Origin: Camelus ferus
Taxonomy: Eukaryota
Direction: 5' to 3'
DNA: 64,000 nucleotides
Assembly (NCBI RefSeq): GCF_009834535.1
Contig: NC_045697.1
Coordinates: 98,334,001 to 98,398,000, forward strand
Position numbers and translations under genes: made by a program. Shown here piece after piece: positions 50,211 through 62,985 of this stretch (position 1 is the first letter of the stretch; each line of letters opens with the position of its first letter). The notes under the pieces are model-generated. The model did no database searches. It was not told the origin of the DNA and was given only the letters and a program-made list of their open reading frames with translations.

Positions 50211-52614
50211 CTGGGTTTGAGGGGCAGGGGAGAGGGGATGTTTTTAAACCAGCTTGTTGATGTAAACTAATCTCTAGTTAGTAAAATGAAGCCAACAGTT
50301 GTGTTTTGATTTTTTTTTTAAGGTTGAAGTTCATTCTCTGGCCCATTCTTAGACCAGTCTGATAATTTTCACCCTGCTACAATGTCTGAAAGATTGTAAT
50401 CCTTGGTCTATGCCAATTCAAACCTTGATTAGATTTAATTTACTAGAATTAAAAACACATCTCAAGTCTAATATGACTTCAGGAATAATTTACCCAAATC
50501 ATATGATTCCCCCCAAAATACATGCCCTGTAGACACAATATGGATTGTTTCCTCCAACTTTTTGGAATGATTGACTTTAAATGACCCTCAAAGGGCCAGT
50601 CTCATTTACACTCATGAGAAGATTCTGCTATAACATGAGCACATCAAATTCAGGCAGCATTACTGGATCCCCGTGAATTCCCAAAAGAAGAATGACCAGA
50701 CAAGCAAGGAAATGGCTCAGCCAAGTAGATTTAGCCATCCTCAGAACACATTCTAACTCCAAGAACAGTGGCCTTTGAGGAAGTTACACCTCTAGCGCAC
50801 TTGACATGTCTTTTTATATTGTCTGTTACAGAGGATTTCTTTCCTTTGACCTGATTTTGTAATCACTTTGCTTAGCCGGCACCATATTTGAAAATCTAGA
50901 TGTTTTGATTCCACCGTAACTCCTGAAAATTCAGATGTTCTTCTTATTCAGATACAGCAAATGTCTAATTCTTGCCTCTAAATAGTCTAGATTAATTTGC
51001 TCTCTTGATATCCCGTGGCAGCAACTTCTACAGCCTAATTCCATGTTACACTGGGAAAAAAAATTCTCTTTGCGTGAAACCTGACTTCTAAGTTAAACTA
51101 AGTGAGGGAGGGAAATAGGTGTTAGAGTTTACCTTCCCCCAAAATAAATGTTACCTGAGTTAATGGTCTCGGGAGAAAAGGTAAGCACATCTCGCTCTCC
51201 ATGAAGCCAATCCAACATGTATGTATCATCCAGTAAAAGCTGGCTCTGTAAAACATATACAGAGAATCTTGTATCTCTGTATATAAATCACGTTTCTGCC
51301 GTGTGACAAGTTGTGTCCAGGCAAAGCTTATTACAAATTCTGTCTGAAATCTCGAGAAGGAATGGGAAAAAAAATAACAACAGCTTTGTGGAGCTACACT
51401 CAGGAAATGACTTGAACTCATCCCAATTTTAAAGTTCCATTCTAGACAGCAAGCAGCTCAAACCCCATTTTCTGGGGGAACTGCCCTTACAGGGAAGGTG
51501 TAGCAAAGCCATCTGCTGCTTTATATTAATGGTTTGCAGCCTTGTTTTTCTGGTCCAGCTATGAAATTGCACTAATCACAGAAACAGACTGGCCAGGAAG
51601 CGGTGGATGCCAGATACAAGTGAATTTAAGCCCACATGTATTGAAGCTGCAAGCTTAGTTTGCAATTTATGTGCAAGTGGTTTTATATTTATTGATCTGG
51701 ACCAAGTGCAGGTCCTATAGGGGAAATATGACAGATTTCATCTGTCTGACAGCCAAGTCTAATTGTATTTTCAGTCTGAAATGACCAAAGACAAAAGTGC
51801 ACATGTCGAGAGCCTTCACTTGGGTGCCATATGGAGTATTCGATTCAGGGCTGTGGTCACTGTAAGTGTTCATTTTAATAACTAGACACAGACTGCATCC
51901 TGAACAGCTAAAACAAGAGAGGTGAGAGTTTTTAATTCGAGTCTGAATTAATAGACCATCTGATTCTGCCTGAATGTGGGTGGGCCATGAAAGTATGCCT
52001 TTTGTAGACCTGATTGAGGGGAATTTAAAAGATGTGTCATATATTATTGATTCCTCTAGACCATGAAACTTCTGAGCCAAAAGTCAAATACTTCCCACAA
52101 TGGTTGTCATTAAAATTATAACCAGTACTTCTGGGAAGGCCTGGCATCTTAAAATCAAAAACATATTTTATAACCTTGCTTTCTAGTCAGGAAGAATAAT
52201 TGTGCCTGTGAGAATGGTGATCTGTGATTTCTCTGACTGTACCTCCCTGTCTCTCTGTCTCTCTCCTTCTCTCTCTCATCATTATCATCATCATCATCAC
52301 ATCATCACAGAATATCACACAGACACTTCGTTAGGAGCCCTTCTATAACTAAAGGGACCATAGACAATGAAACATACGTCAAAAGAGTATCGCCTGATAC
52401 CCAGCGATCCAGAGGCTGTGTCCTAGTGATACATCATTCTGAATTCTGAATTCTGATTGGCAAATCTTTTAACAGGAACATTTGACACTGTAGATCCCTC
52501 CTGCTTCGTGGCTTCAACAACACCACACTAGGCAAACTCTCTTTCCCTCTGTCACTCTCTCTCTGCCTTCAGGAACAGCTGCCTTTGCCCTAACTGTGCA
52601 CATGGTGTAAGAGA

Positions 52615-52810
52615 CCACTTACTGGCTGTTTGATTACGGGCAAGTTACTCACTTTCTCTGATTCTGTACTGATCACCTTCAAAAATGGTTCCAATACCAT
52701 GTCATCATGGATGACATGGAGGGGTGTTATAAGGATTAAATTAGTTAACATATATTTAAAAACTAAAATGTACTCTAATGCCTGGTGGAAGTAGGTGCCC
52801 AGTAAATGCG
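52615..52810 (+). mobile_element. MIR
   Basis: 'ccacttactggctg...gggcaagttactcac...aggattaaattagttaa'. Confidence 0.75.
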
Positions 52811-53409
52811 AGCTTACCTTCCTGTCTCCCTTCTACCTTTAGACTGCCTCGAGGAACTGTTTTCTCTTCATTGCTTCATCTCCCATCTCACTCTTCATCT
52901 TCCAGAGGCACATCTTCAACCCCCACTCCTCATCTATTATTCACTCTATTAACCTAATTATTATCTATTCATCTATTATCATCCCATATTTCCCCAAACT
53001 CCAGGGCTTGACTCTTCTGTCAGTGTCCCAAGTTCAACATAATAAAATCAGGCTTACTGTTAAATCCACCCCAACCACGCTGCCCTGTTGTCCTGCGTCC
53101 ACTCTAGCCCTCCTCTCCCTCCTCCTCTCTTGTTGAATTGAATCACTATTCTCTCACTCTTTCAGCCTCAAAACCCTTAGATGATGATGCTCTTTCTTTA
53201 TCCCTGACAACTAGTCAGCCACCAGATCCTGCTACATTTCATGATCTTTCACATTCATCTCTTCTCTGTTCCCAGTAATGCCCAGCCCCTCCCCTTATCT
53301 CAGGATGGCCACACCCACCCCAGCCAGTCCTTTACCCCTAGTTGGCCCAAAGGGCACTCTAAGCAGGAGCACTTTTGACCCTGTAAGAATGAACTTTGAT
53401 ATTAGCTTC

Positions 53410-53935
53410 CATATTCGTTTCTTATTCTGTAAAACAAATTACCCCAAACTTAGCACCCTAAAACAACATAAATGTATTATCTTATATTTCTGGAGGTCAG
53501 AAATCTAAAATGGGCCTCACAAGGCCAAAATCAAGGAGTCAGCAGGGCTACATTCCTTCTAGAGGCTCTAGAAGATAAACTGTTTCTTTGCCTTTTCCAG
53601 CTTCTCAAAGTCGCATGCATGCCTTGGCTTGTGGACTCCTTCCTTCATCTTCAAAACCAGCAGTGTACCATACTCCAATCTCTGTCCCTCTCTCTCTTTC
53701 TCTCCCCCTCCCCTTCTCATTCAGATACTCTTGGTTCCCTCTTTCACTTATAAGGACACTTGTGATTACACTGAGCCCACCCAGATAATCCAAGATAACC
53801 TCCCCTCTCAAGATCCTTAGCCTTAATTACTTCTGCAAAGTCCCTTTGCCATGGAAGGTGACATGTTCACAGGTTTCAGGGATTAGGACATAGATACCTC
53901 TGGGGGGTGGGGGAGAGCATTAATCTACTTACTAT
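53410..53935 (-). mobile_element. MLT1D-type MaLR LTR
   Basis: 'aacaaattaccccaaacttagc...ttctggaggtcagaaatc...caggtttcagggattaggacat'. Confidence 0.85.
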
Positions 53936-53989
53936 ATCTACTTTGCCGGTCTTATTTCATAGAATTATCCCACACTTTTCTGTGGGTTC

Positions 53990-54335
53990 CAGCCCCACTG
54001 GTGCTCTTATAATTCCTCAAGTGAACCATGGTTACCTCTGCCACAGGACCTTTACACATACAGGTCCCTCTGCATTCACCTGATTTCCTCTTAACCATCT
54101 TTCAAGCTACATCAAGTGCTCTGTTAAATACTCCATAGTATCACATACTTTTCTTAGCACACGTATCCTGGTTTTCAGTTACACACGTTTTTGTGATTAA
54201 TGTCTATCTCCCCCACTAGACTCTGAGCTCCATGGGAACAGAGGCCATGAATGCTTTTGCTCAATTTTGCCCCAGGACCTAAAACAGAGATCATATAATA
54301 TAATATGCATTCAATGAATATTTGAGGAATCGATA
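53990..54335 (+). mobile_element. L2 3' end
   Basis: 'tctccccactagactctgagctccatg...caatgaatatttg'. Confidence 0.7.
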
Positions 54336-54429
54336 AATTAGGCCAGTAGGTGATGACCGTCTGCCATCATGGAGGCCTGTGTGGAGTGACATCCCCCTAC
54401 CCTGTCCCACACACACCAGGGTCAAAAAA

Positions 54430-54625
54430 AACTAACATTTACCAGAACCTACAGTAAGCTATAATTTGCCTTATCTCATCTAATCCCCATAACAAATTTC
54501 TATCATAATCCTCATTTTACAGATTAGGAACTGAAGAAAAGAGAGGTTTAAGAATTTACCCAAGAAGACATAACTGGTAGGTCATTGAATCAGGATTCTA
54601 TCCCAGGCAGGCTGGCTTCCAAAGA
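54430..54625 (-). mobile_element. MIR
   Basis: 'cctcattttacagattaggaactga...gagaggttaagaatttacccaag'. Confidence 0.75.
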
Positions 54626-55102
54626 CCACACTGGGGCCCTGGGATTATTTTAGATGAGCACCTGGGTGGCTGGGACCATGAACAAACCCAGCTGAAGCAT
54701 CTGGTGAGGAGACCACACCAACACTCATACTCGCGGGCCCAAATGCATCACACACAATAAACAACCCTTCCAACTCTTCTGTCAACTATTTGGGCAATTG
54801 ATGGAGGCCATTCACAGAGGACCCACAGTCTGATGCAAGCAGGTCAAATAAAGCAGTCTGAACACGACTGGTGTAAAAGCTCATGGCCCCTACTCAGGAA
54901 ATGAGGTGGAAGGCAAGGACTTTGAAAAGTGTGGGCATGCATAAAGCTAGCCAGAACATTCCCTTTCCCCCTCTGTTTTGTAATTGCTTTTTTTAAACTG
55001 ACGTATAATTGACATATAACATTATATTAGTTTCAGGTGTACAACATACTGATCGATTCCCCTATTATTAATATTATTAATATTAGACTTTTCACAAGTC
55101 TA

Positions 55103-55200
55103 TTTTAAAAATTTTTTCCCTTAATGGAGGCACTGGGGATTGAACCCAGGACCTAGTGCATAACAAGCATGTGCTCTACCCCTGAGCTATACCTCCTACT
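55103..55200 (-). mobile_element. Vic-1-like SINE
   Basis: 'ctggggattgaacccaggacc...ctgagctatacctcc'; near-TSD ttcaca(a/g)gtcta. Confidence 0.88.
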
Positions 55201-55254
55201 CTTCACAGGTCTAGTAATTAGTATTATTCCCCTATGATCTTGCTCTATTGTGAT

Positions 55255-55730
55255 ATACTTGTTACAACTGAGGAACCAATATTGATATATTAACTAAAGC
55301 TCATTGTTTACATTGGAGCTTACGCTATGTTTTACAGTTCTGTGGGTTTTGACAATTGCATAAGGAGGGAAGGTATAGCTCAAGTGGTGGAGCGCATGCT
55401 TAGCACGCACGAGGTCCTGGGTTCAATCCCCAGTACCTCCATCAAAATAAATAAGGAAATAAATAAACCTAGTTACCTCCCCCCACAACAAAAACAGACA
55501 ATTGCATATCATAATTCTCCATTATAGTAATGTATAATATATGTAAATTTATATAATATACATTATATATAATAGTCTTTATAATAATAATAACGTTATG
55601 TATTACCCATTACAGTATCACAGAATAGTTTCACTCCCCTGAAAATACCCCACACTCCACCTATTGATTCCTACTCCTCTCCTCCTGCTGCCACCCGCAA
55701 ACACTTAGAAACCACTGATCTCTTACTATC
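55255..55730 (-). mobile_element. L1MC-type 3' fragment interrupted by a SINE
   Basis: 'gttacaactgaggaaccaatattgat...gggttttgacaa...cagaatagtttcact...accactgatc'. Confidence 0.7.
55363..55496 (+). mobile_element. Vic-1-like SINE
   Basis: Intact A and B boxes; perfect 12-bp TSD gacaattgcata (55351-62 and 55497-508). Confidence 0.95.
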
Positions 55731-58376
55731 CAAGTTTTTAGCCAGAACCTTCCTTAATGCCACAGAGAGAGCTGTGAACCCCATGGAAAGGGAAAGGAGA
55801 AGCTAAGACATGACCCAGATCCCTGCCGGCCTCCCCCTGAAAAGAAAAGAGAACCTAGCAAAGGGTGGAGACCCTGCTAGATTCCATCTGCTCAATAAGG
55901 ATGTGGCACTGGGGTCAGTTCCTCCCCCCTCTCTGCTGCAACCAAGGTAAAGAAGAGGCAGAAGTCCTACCCGGTTATTCAGTAACTCTCTTAACTAGGA
56001 CAGTTAAGTCTCCCTTCTAGACCATGGTGATGTGCAAACAAAACAGGACAACTGCAGTGGCACCAAAGAGTTTGCAGGGGCCTCAAGAAAACTCTGGGAA
56101 CTTGGCTGAGCTTAGCATGGGAGGTGGAAGAAGACAGAGCTGCTCTGAGGTAACTATGTGCTGCTTGAGCCGAGAAACCTGATCAAGAGACGAGCCAGCC
56201 AAGACTGCAGCAGAGATGACCTGCCTCTTCAAGATGGACCTTTCAAGAAAGCAGACAAGGAGGGGTAGAGGAACCCCAGAAATACTTCAGGAACCCCCAA
56301 AGTTCCAACCTGGCTGCTTTTAGAAACTGAAAAAAAAAAAGTCAGTTGTTTGTTATGCTGCAGAAGCAAGAAATAATAAGCAAGTTAATTTTGGATTCAC
56401 ACAATGCCCAGTTCTCCCTGCAGTGGGAGGAACCCAGAGCACCTTCAGATCTCCTTCCAGTCTTTTCCATTTAAGGCCAAACCCCTGAGACAGGATGTTC
56501 AGGAAGATTTTCCAGAACTGGAATCCCTGCCTCCCTTCCCCAAAACAATCTCACTGATCAGCCAAGAAAGGGGAATGTGAGAGAATGATGCCCACTTTAT
56601 CCCATGAAACCCGGGAAACCTTCAGAAACAGAGTAGGGTCTGTTCACCTGCCCTATCAAAAGACCTAAGTGGGTACAATGTTTAATTTGAAATTAGCCAT
56701 AGCGGAGGTTTGGGAGGCTTGCTTCACATTTATATTCTTTACTACTTCAGTTTCAGCGTATAGAGGTACATTCTTTATGACATAGAAGTCATATTAAACA
56801 TTTGCTATAAGGATTCATCTAAATCAGAGAGAAAAATAAAATCATGAAAGAGCTCAAATGGAGCTTGAGGTTGGAAGGATGGGTATCAAATTGGAGATGA
56901 AAGGCAATAACTAGGCTGGAAGAACGCGGGTCCACACAGGTAACAGGAAGCATTGTCTCCAAGGAGTCCTGCTAATGAGGTTGGTAAGGTAGGTCCTTGG
57001 TCACCAGCTCAGAAATTTGGATATTTTCCTATCGTTTGAGTATAGTAAGCTGTAGATTTCCAAGCAGGAAATAGCTTGGAAGTTTTTCTCTTACCTCAAA
57101 GGCAATTTCTACCTCTAGCAAATAAGCAGCTAAAACAAATTTATAAAATGTATCTATACATCAAGGAAGAAACCAATTCTTTCTCTTTTTTTTAACAACT
57201 CACATCAGTATCATTAATTAGCATTAATATAGAAAACTGTTTATAACTTGCATTTAACTTCATTGGATTTTTACCAGGTAGCCCAAGTTAGTCCGTCAAA
57301 ACTCTCATAGTGGAATCAAGCATGACTTCAACAAACAATTTTAAATTAAAGCACAAAACCCAAGGATAATTCATGAATGTGTTAGCTTTTCTCTCCAGAG
57401 CGATTGGCTGGTTTTAGCCATAACATATCAATTTTCAGAGAAATGAAAAGTACCTAGGACGTGCCCTCGTGTCTGGGATTACCGTCAACTCAGTTGAAAC
57501 AAATTCTAAGTTCTGCCTCTAATGCTTCTTTTCACAGGTTTAAAGGATGCACTTTGGAGTTTTGCACTGTTGGACATCCAATTTATGTGGTTTTGAGGAG
57601 CTGCTAAGCAGTGTATCTTCCATTCATTTTAACGATCAAAACTGAATTCCACTGTTAGTATTGTACTATTCTGTACCACAGGTTGTAGACAAGGTGAAAA
57701 TGGGACATATCTACAGCCCGTTTTATTAAAAAGGGTTGTAAACAAACTACTCTGCATGGAGCCCTACAAGTTGAGTCAGGCTTTGGGGGTAAAATATGAT
57801 AAAACACGAGACCTGAAACCAGCCTGCCTACGCAGGGGTACCCTCCAAGAGCTTCAAAACATCAGAGTGAATGAGGGAGAACGGCCTCTCCTCAAACAGA
57901 CTCACAAACCCGAACCATCCTCAAGGAGGTCGTGGCCATTGTGTGAATTCAAAATTAATTTGCTTTATTATTTCCAGTGGCTGCAGTACAACCAACAGCT
58001 GACTCCTTTTTTTTTTCAGTTTCTAAAAGCAGCCAGGTTGGTGGTGGTTGTCGCCATGAACATCCCATGAATGATTCATTTTCGCTCAAGTGGAACCCGT
58101 GGGAAATGTAGCCAGTAACTTGGTTTATTTCTTATCTTCAGTTCTCAGCAGACAACGTATTTGTCTATATTTTTACAAAGGGTCATAAATTTTTCAGTTA
58201 GTGTACAAATACCAACACCATGTGATTCCATTTGGTTTCAGTCCTCGGGGCTTTGGGGAGAGGAGAAGGAAGACCCCACCATCTTGAGCAACAGCGTGGA
58301 CCACACTTCCTGCAGCCTCCTGGGAAGTCTGGCTCAGTGACGTGCACAGTTGTAAATCCTTTGCTGCAACACCAAC

Positions 58377-58390
58377 ACAGCAGGTGGCGT
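58377..58390 (+). promoter_or_regulatory. CTCF core motif match
   Basis: ACAGCAGGTGGCGT versus CCAGCAGGTGGCGC; motif only. Confidence 0.35.
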
Positions 58391-58519
58391 TTAGCCAGAT
58401 GACTCCCACTGACTTTCCCCTTTCAAGGCTGTTGCAGGAAACTGAGATGCTTAGCCATGTTTCCCTGCAGGGCTCTCAAAAGCCAAATGAACCCAGCAGC
58501 GTGGGGCAGCCTGAGTGTA

Positions 58520-58524
<5 letters not shown>

Positions 58525-58559
<35 letters not shown>
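58525..58559. repeat. (TG)n microsatellite
   Basis: Seen directly. Confidence 0.95.
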
Positions 58560-58561
58560 AA

Positions 58562-58702
58562 CCTCTTGTTCAAATTGGGCAAATTACTTCACTCATATGT
58601 GAAATTGAGGAAACACCTTCCAGGATTATTCTGAAGCTGAATTAAAATACTGCATCATCAGTGCCTAACACAGCACTGCACACAGTAGATCCTCAACAAA
58701 TG
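58562..58702 (+). mobile_element. MIR
   Basis: 'ttgggcaaattactt...gtgcctaacacagc...cacagtagatcctcaacaaatgt'. Confidence 0.6.
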
Positions 58703-60519
58703 TCATCTCTCAAATTGCTTTCAATTTCTCCATGAAAAGGATTTCACCAAAAGGGGAACCTCCATACTTGCCTTACTACCAAGGCAGGAATTACAAGCAC
58801 ACTTATTTGCTGATCTCAAACCTGATTTTGACGTAAATTCAGTCTCAGCTGAAGCCATACCAGCAATCCACAAAAAAAGATGTATCTGAACTACAAAACA
58901 TGAGCCTCTACTTTATTGGAGTCCAGTGTAAAGCTACCTAAGTGGCCAGAAAATGTTCCCTATTATAGGATTTCTCAAAGAGTAAAAAAACCTGGGCCCT
59001 GTGACTGAGTGACTGCCCAATGGGACCAGCTGTGGATTAACGAGACACCATCCAGAGCCTGGCAAAGCTCTCCTGTGCTGTCAGGTGGCCATCAGGAAGT
59101 ACTCATGGAGGTATCATTTTCAGCCCCCAGAGGTCTCTGTCACAGAAACCCAACGCCCCCTGCCTTGGCCTTACAGCCTGCCTTGTGTGGCCTTTCACCA
59201 GACCCACTAAGAGACCAACAATTGTTAATGTCACCTGAGGACAACATCACCTGCTTTTCTCTCAATTCTAAGGCTTGAGGGGAGCATACTTTCTGCTGCC
59301 ATCCTATATTTCTAGCCCCAGACACATTCTGCTCTCCAATCAACCTTTTCCCAGCATTACATGCATTTCAGTATTTTTTTTCCTTCTTAGATGAAGAAAA
59401 ACATTCATTCTGAGACACGTTTTTGAAGCAATAAACAGCTCGCTTCTTTGTGGAAAAATAGGCAATTTTCAAGTAACCTTTGGAAGCCTCTAAATAACCC
59501 ACACATATTTATGGCTGAGTGACTCTTTGGAGTGAAGAAACTTTAAACTTGTATTTGCAAAGATTTCCATTAACATCTTTGAGCAACCTCTCATCTCATT
59601 TTAAAACACATGGCTCACTCAACAGAAGAGAATCTGGGTTGTTGTTTTTTTTTCTCCCCTCCCTCGTGTTGGCTTCCTAAGCAGAGATTTGATGTGCGCA
59701 CGAAACACTAGTGGAAGTTCAATTGGCAAATCTTCACCCAGAGGTCTTGGGGTCCTGGGAGTGAAGACAAAAGCCTTCGTGCTGTCCAGGGGCAGGCTTT
59801 TTGTCTCATTTTAGATGAACCTCCATTTCACCTCACCACCCCCACTCCTTCCTTCTTGCAAGAATAATTCCCCAAGGAGAAGGGAAAGTGCTCTCATCTT
59901 TCCACCACCCCCACACTGCACAGAAAGCACTGTTTTTAAAGGGTTTGTTCTCAGGAGAAAATGCCATAAGCTATATTTATCTCTAACTAATCCATTTCTC
60001 TCTACTTCGAGATTAAGGAATTAATGACTGCTACAGCTGCTGTCCTGAGCACATTAATTATTGTAAATTGGCTGCAGCCTCAAAAAAAGCCACTCAACAA
60101 CAATGGTGAGAGGGCAAGGTTTATGCAAAGCATCAGAGATCTAACCTAAATAATAAATCAGTGCAGCCATCGAGCCCAAAAAGATATACACCAGCTAAGG
60201 CACTGGGTTTTCACCTCCAGGCTGCAAGCGTAGAGAAGGGTAGCGGTGGGTGAGAGAGGGAAAAAAATACACTGTAGATACACATAACTTTGCTCCAGAC
60301 AGATCATATATTAAGGAATATACTCTTGGATTCATAAAAGCCCACATCATTGCAAGTTCTCTTAGGTCATATTTTGGTATCTTGGCTGTTGTTACATTTG
60401 TGAAAGTCCTTGCGGACAGGACACAGTGAATATAGATATTCAGAGTGACTTGTCTGCCCTGGTTTCCTCGCAACCCCACTTGGAAGTCCCCACCCCAGGG
60501 TCCACACTCTTCTGTCCAT

Positions 60520-61095
60520 GCCTTCTGTCCATCCCCTCTGCCACTGTCCTAATTCGGACTTCATCACCTCCCTGCTGGAGAGCTGCAAACCCTCCCAGCT
60601 GGTCCTCTGGCTTCCGAACGTGTCTTCCCTCACTGCTGCCCGAGTAAGGCTTCTTCAAAGCAAATCATATTATTGAAGCCCTCTCCTTAACATTCTGACA
60701 TATTTCCCCTCTGCCTCAGAAGTTCTCAATTCCTGAACATGATTTCCTAGGGTTTTCATTGTCTCTCTCTCTCCAGTTTCATCCATTTTAACTCATTATC
60801 TCTGCCTTCATTCTAAATTTCTCAAGTTTCCTTGAGAGAATCCTGTTTCCTCTCATCACCCAGCCACTGCCCGTGCTGTTCCCTAATTCTTTTCCAATCC
60901 CGGTTGCCCAGCCAACTCTTCCTTGCCATTCAGTTCGCATCTTGCACGTCACCTACAGGAATCCTTCTCTGCCTCCCTCAGTCCTGTTAAGGTGTCCCCC
61001 ATCCTCCTGGAGCATGTAGTCCTTTCGCCATCCCAGCACTTAACACAACTCAGCAACTGCCTGCTTTCTGCTTTCTATTCCACTTTCTCTGCAAA
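60520..61095 (+). mobile_element. L2 fragment (degraded)
   Basis: 'ccatcccctctgccactgtcctaatt...tcacctacaggaatccttctct'. Confidence 0.55.
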
Positions 61096-61124
61096 GGGCA
61101 GAGATACCCTCAAGCGAACCAAGC

Positions 61125-61640
61125 TGAGTGAGATTTGTTGTAAGGATGCAGGGAGCCTCACAGGCACCTGAGAACACAAGCTTCATAGGAACCAGAACTT
61201 AAAAGCCATCAGAAATTGAAGCCTTTCTTTCCATCTCCCCCACAAAGATCCTAAGATCACAGCAGCATTGCTCCTCTCTGCACCTCACTCCCATTCTTCT
61301 CTCTCTCTCTCAGCCAGCTTTCCCTACATCGGCTCGGCCTGCCAGCCCACCCCAGCCTGTGCCGTGTTACCTGACTCTCAACATCACCTTTCATCTTCTG
61401 CCTCTGGTGCTAACAGCTGTCATCTCTCAGCTTCCCAATTCCAAGTTCCTAGAGAAGAACACGATTGGTCACTCTCATCTTGTGGTTCTGTGCCACATGT
61501 GTCTTATGTATTTTTGCCCTTGATTCAGATCCAATCAGCTTTACACATGAAAGGTGGGGTGTCATGGTATAGAATGTGGCTGCACTCGCCTCGGGGTATG
61601 GACATCTCTGGGACACCCCTGTTACACTGTATTTTCTAGG
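61125..61640 (-). mobile_element. Old MLT1 (K/L-like) LTR
   Basis: 'gatttgttgtaaggatgcagggagcctcacag...gattggtc...tccaatcagct'. Confidence 0.45.
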
Positions 61641-62599
61641 AGGTAACTAAACTTTCATTGTTACAGTCTCATTGCCCAGCAAAGAGTCAGGCACAGTTTG
61701 CTGAGTAATGGCCTAACAAAAATTTATTAGAACTCCCAATCTAGAAGACACATTCAGAGATCCCCTTTCAGTTAGACCAAGCGGGATAAGCAAATTCTTG
61801 ATCCCCAGATAACAAGAAGATAGCGTTTGTTCCTTCAAAGGAGTTGCCCAGATAGGAAGTGTTTTCTGACTCTTAACTTCCCTTAGAGTCCAACCTACCA
61901 CTTAGCTGATAACAGCTCCTAGTAGCTTTAACCAAAACAGCAATAATCTTTTGTAACTTCAGCCTGCTTGTTTGACCTCTTCTTCAAGTAATTGCTGACT
62001 TGGGCTTTAGACGTCTAGAGGAAAATCAGATAAAAAGTATAAACAGGATTAAGGCAATCTTTTAACAATTGCCTCAAGATCAGCCCAATTTGAAGTTCAT
62101 CTCTAGACTATGCAGATTTACAAGTCACCGGGTACTGAGTGTGGCTTCTGACTGATGGCAGATATGAAAGGTTCTATCTGAAGTCAGATCTTTTTCAAAC
62201 AATCCGGGTTTTCACCCCTTATTACACTTCGAGATCTTTCTCCGCCTCCATCTGGCCTCCCCTCGGCCTCCCCACCCTTTTGCCCTATTGCCTTTCAATA
62301 CTCAAGACCAACCATCTAAAATTCTATTTCTAAAACTTCATAGAAACCAGTAATCTCCTGGAGACTGAAAGGAAGGAAGGGAGGGCTTTTGAATGCTGAA
62401 TACTCACAAAGCCCTTATGGATGAATACATTCATTTGTTTAAAAAAAAAAAAAAACTTGGAGGTTCACGGGCCTGCAAGGGATCAAAGATAGACCCTTAG
62501 AGGCACGACAGGTGAGACCACAGAGCTCCAGTGCTGGACAGCTTCCTGTCCACCAGCCACACTCACTATGCTTTTAAGGCACTGCCACTGAAGGCCCGA

Positions 62600-62985
62600 A
62601 CAGTATCCTGTTCCTCAGCATAAGTATCACCCAAAGGGCTTGCTGAACATACATATTCCTGGAGCCTACCCCACTGACTGAATCAGTATCTCCAAGAATG
62701 AACCTGGGAATAAATAATGAACGTGCCCTCGGATGATCCTTCTGAACTGACAAGTTTGGAAACACTGTCCTTCATTATCTCAGGTGGTTCTTCCCAAAGT
62801 GTGTTCCATGCGTGTAGGGGTTCTCATGCCCAGCTGCCTATGGAGTCACCTAGAGAGCTTCTTACACAAGCTGATGCCCCTACCCAGACCAATTCAGTCA
62901 GAAGCTGGAGGGTGGAAAGCCCAGGGGCTTTAAGTCCCACTCACACAGCCAACGTTATTCAAATCAGCAGCCACAGATGAAAACC
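62600..62985. mobile_element. Two adjacent MER5-like DNA transposon fragments
   Basis: 'tatcaccc...tgaatcagtatctcc...aagtttggaaacactg' and 'caggtggttcttcccaaagtgtgttcc...gagtcacctagagagctt'. Confidence 0.6.
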
